In this document: positions 62,405 to 64,000 of the stretch, piece by piece
Position numbering within the stretch: position 1 is the first letter of the stretch
How the letters are laid out: every line of letters begins with the position of its first letter
Source: Chiloscyllium plagiosum
Taxonomy: Eukaryota
DNA: 64,000 nucleotides
Direction of reading: 5' to 3'
Assembly: GCF_004010195.1 (NCBI RefSeq)
Contig: NC_057718.1
Location: forward strand, 40,254,101 to 40,318,100
The notes under the pieces: generated by a model
What the model was told of the DNA's origin: nothing
Database searches by the model: none
What the model saw: the letters and a program-made list of their open reading frames with translations, nothing else
Program-made: the position numbers and the translations under genes

Positions 62405-64000
62405 CAGAGGCTTTCTGGCTGTTATCCCTTGAAAGCCAACTGTGTGATTGGATGTGATGCTGATACACAATTTATTGATAATTTCTTTTGGAAATTTCTT
62501 TGGAAATTTGGATTCTGAAATGGACAGAGTCCAATATAACTTTAAGATTGATTTGTGTGTGTTAAGAAGGGGGTTTTTAGTTCCATTTTTGATTTCTGAG
62601 AGTTGTGTAGATAGGTCAGGAATTGTTACAAATATTTAAAAGAGGCTTTTAAGAAAAACCCTTGAGGTGAATAGTTCAGTGCCTTGTAAAATAAAGTAGC
62701 ACAGAGGAAACAAAGGGCTGTTGCTTCTCCGCAAGTTGTCCTATGACACAGGATGACCAAGACAAAAGTTATTTTAGAAAGACAGAGCTATCCAGAGGGT
62801 CAGTGAGTATGCAGGTTTCTTTCAGAGATAAGTAGGCCATTCAGAGAAACAAAAGGCCTGCAATACCTGAAGTAGAGTTTTAGCAATATCAGAAACTGAG
62901 CAGAAGAAAACAAGACTTGAGTGGCTTAAACATCAAAAATAGATACACCAGAAAAAAGAAGCTTTTAAGGGTTCAATGGAAGAGGAAAATAGTAGTTTGG
63001 TTGATTTTTGCTTCAGTAAAGTAGCTGATTACTGAATATTTCTAGTTTTTTTGAAGTGAAATTAACATAGTCTTCGGGTTATGTTTTGAATCTCCAATGT
63101 TTTTTTCCTTAAAAATCACTTGTTAGGTGTAAAATTGATACTAATGCCTTAAAAGGGAAAAAATGCAGTAAAGTGTATAGAGCAGGGATATTAGTCATTT
63201 TAATTAATAACTCATTACAATAGGAATGACAGGTCCAATGATGTGTTGCAGTTGCAGCTTGTAGGAACTGCTGTACATCAAGAGGACACATTTGTAGCAA
63301 GTGTTTGCAGCTCCTCCAACTTCTTCAGAGTTGAGGATCTGGAGCTTGAGCTGCAGAAATTGTGCCAAATCAGGAAGCGGGAAACGTACACGGATACTTT
63401 GCTGCAGCACGCAGTCAAACTCCTTAAATTTGCTACTTCAGATTTGGTCTACGATCAATGACAGAAGGATGTGATTGTAGGTGAGGCAGATATGGGGACC
63501 CAAGGACAGCTCTCAAAGAACTTCAATACTTGTAACTGTCTAACAGCAACCAAGAGAGGTAAAATATGGGCTTGCACGACAAAGATATGATGTCACTGCA
63601 GGCCAACTACATTGACAATGATACTCAGAGTGGGACATGAAGGGACAGAGTATACAAACATAATAAAACAGCAAACGAGGACCAAGAGTGAATAAAATAT
63701 AAGACATCGTTAATGGCCCTTTATCCAAATGCATTTAGTTTTTGGAACAAATTAAATGGATTCATGTCATAAAAAGAGGATAATGTTTGACTAATTTGTA
63801 GAAGCATAGTGGACCATGGGAATCCTGTAGATGTATATAAGGTGCCACATAAAAGGTAAGATTGCACAGTGTTATAATCTTAGTAATTGCAGTGACATGA
63901 TTACAATGATATTAATGTGCCAACTAAACATTCAGTGGCAACTGAACTTTCGAAAGAGCAGGCAGGAAGAGATTGTGGAGTGCCCTTGTCGTCTTCCCCT

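Noticed and set aside
63243..63461. 72-aa ORF with a heptad pattern (RVEDLELELQKL)
   Set aside because: Does not match the expected EPRS1 exon 15 and has no convincing splice sites; probably a decayed CR1 ORF1-like remnant, too weak to annotate.

Overview
Eukaryotic (vertebrate) genomic DNA, AT-rich, intron- and transposon-dense. The repeat content (CR1 LINEs, HE1-like V-SINEs, Deu-domain SINE, several Penelope-like families) points to a cartilaginous fish, probably a shark (inference). Two protein-coding genes lie in tandem on the + strand: the last two coding exons of BPNT1 (stop at 5897) and exons 1-14 of EPRS1 (ATG at 11854; GST-like domain and GluRS catalytic domain with HIGH motif; the gene continues past the window). 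I checked all splice sites and reading phases by hand. The EPRS1 promoter is a small CpG-rich patch with two GTGAC-CCGGAAGT (ETS) composites and a perfect ATF4-type CARE/AARE (ATTGCATCA) early in intron 1. Introns hold CR1, L2, Tx1/L1-like, SINE, solo-LTR and Tigger remnants, the last with two cognate MITEs. The most notable layer is at least four Penelope-like families whose termini each carry their own minimal type-I hammerhead ribozyme motif. These include short palindromic, TSD-flanked mini-elements, the best being a 91-bp-arm hairpin with back-to-back hammerheads at 39461-39681. There are also locally templated duplications, one of which supplies the empty-site proof of an LTR insertion. 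Two N-gaps lie inside CR1 copies. No prokaryotic systems, CRISPR arrays, rRNA or true tRNA genes were seen.
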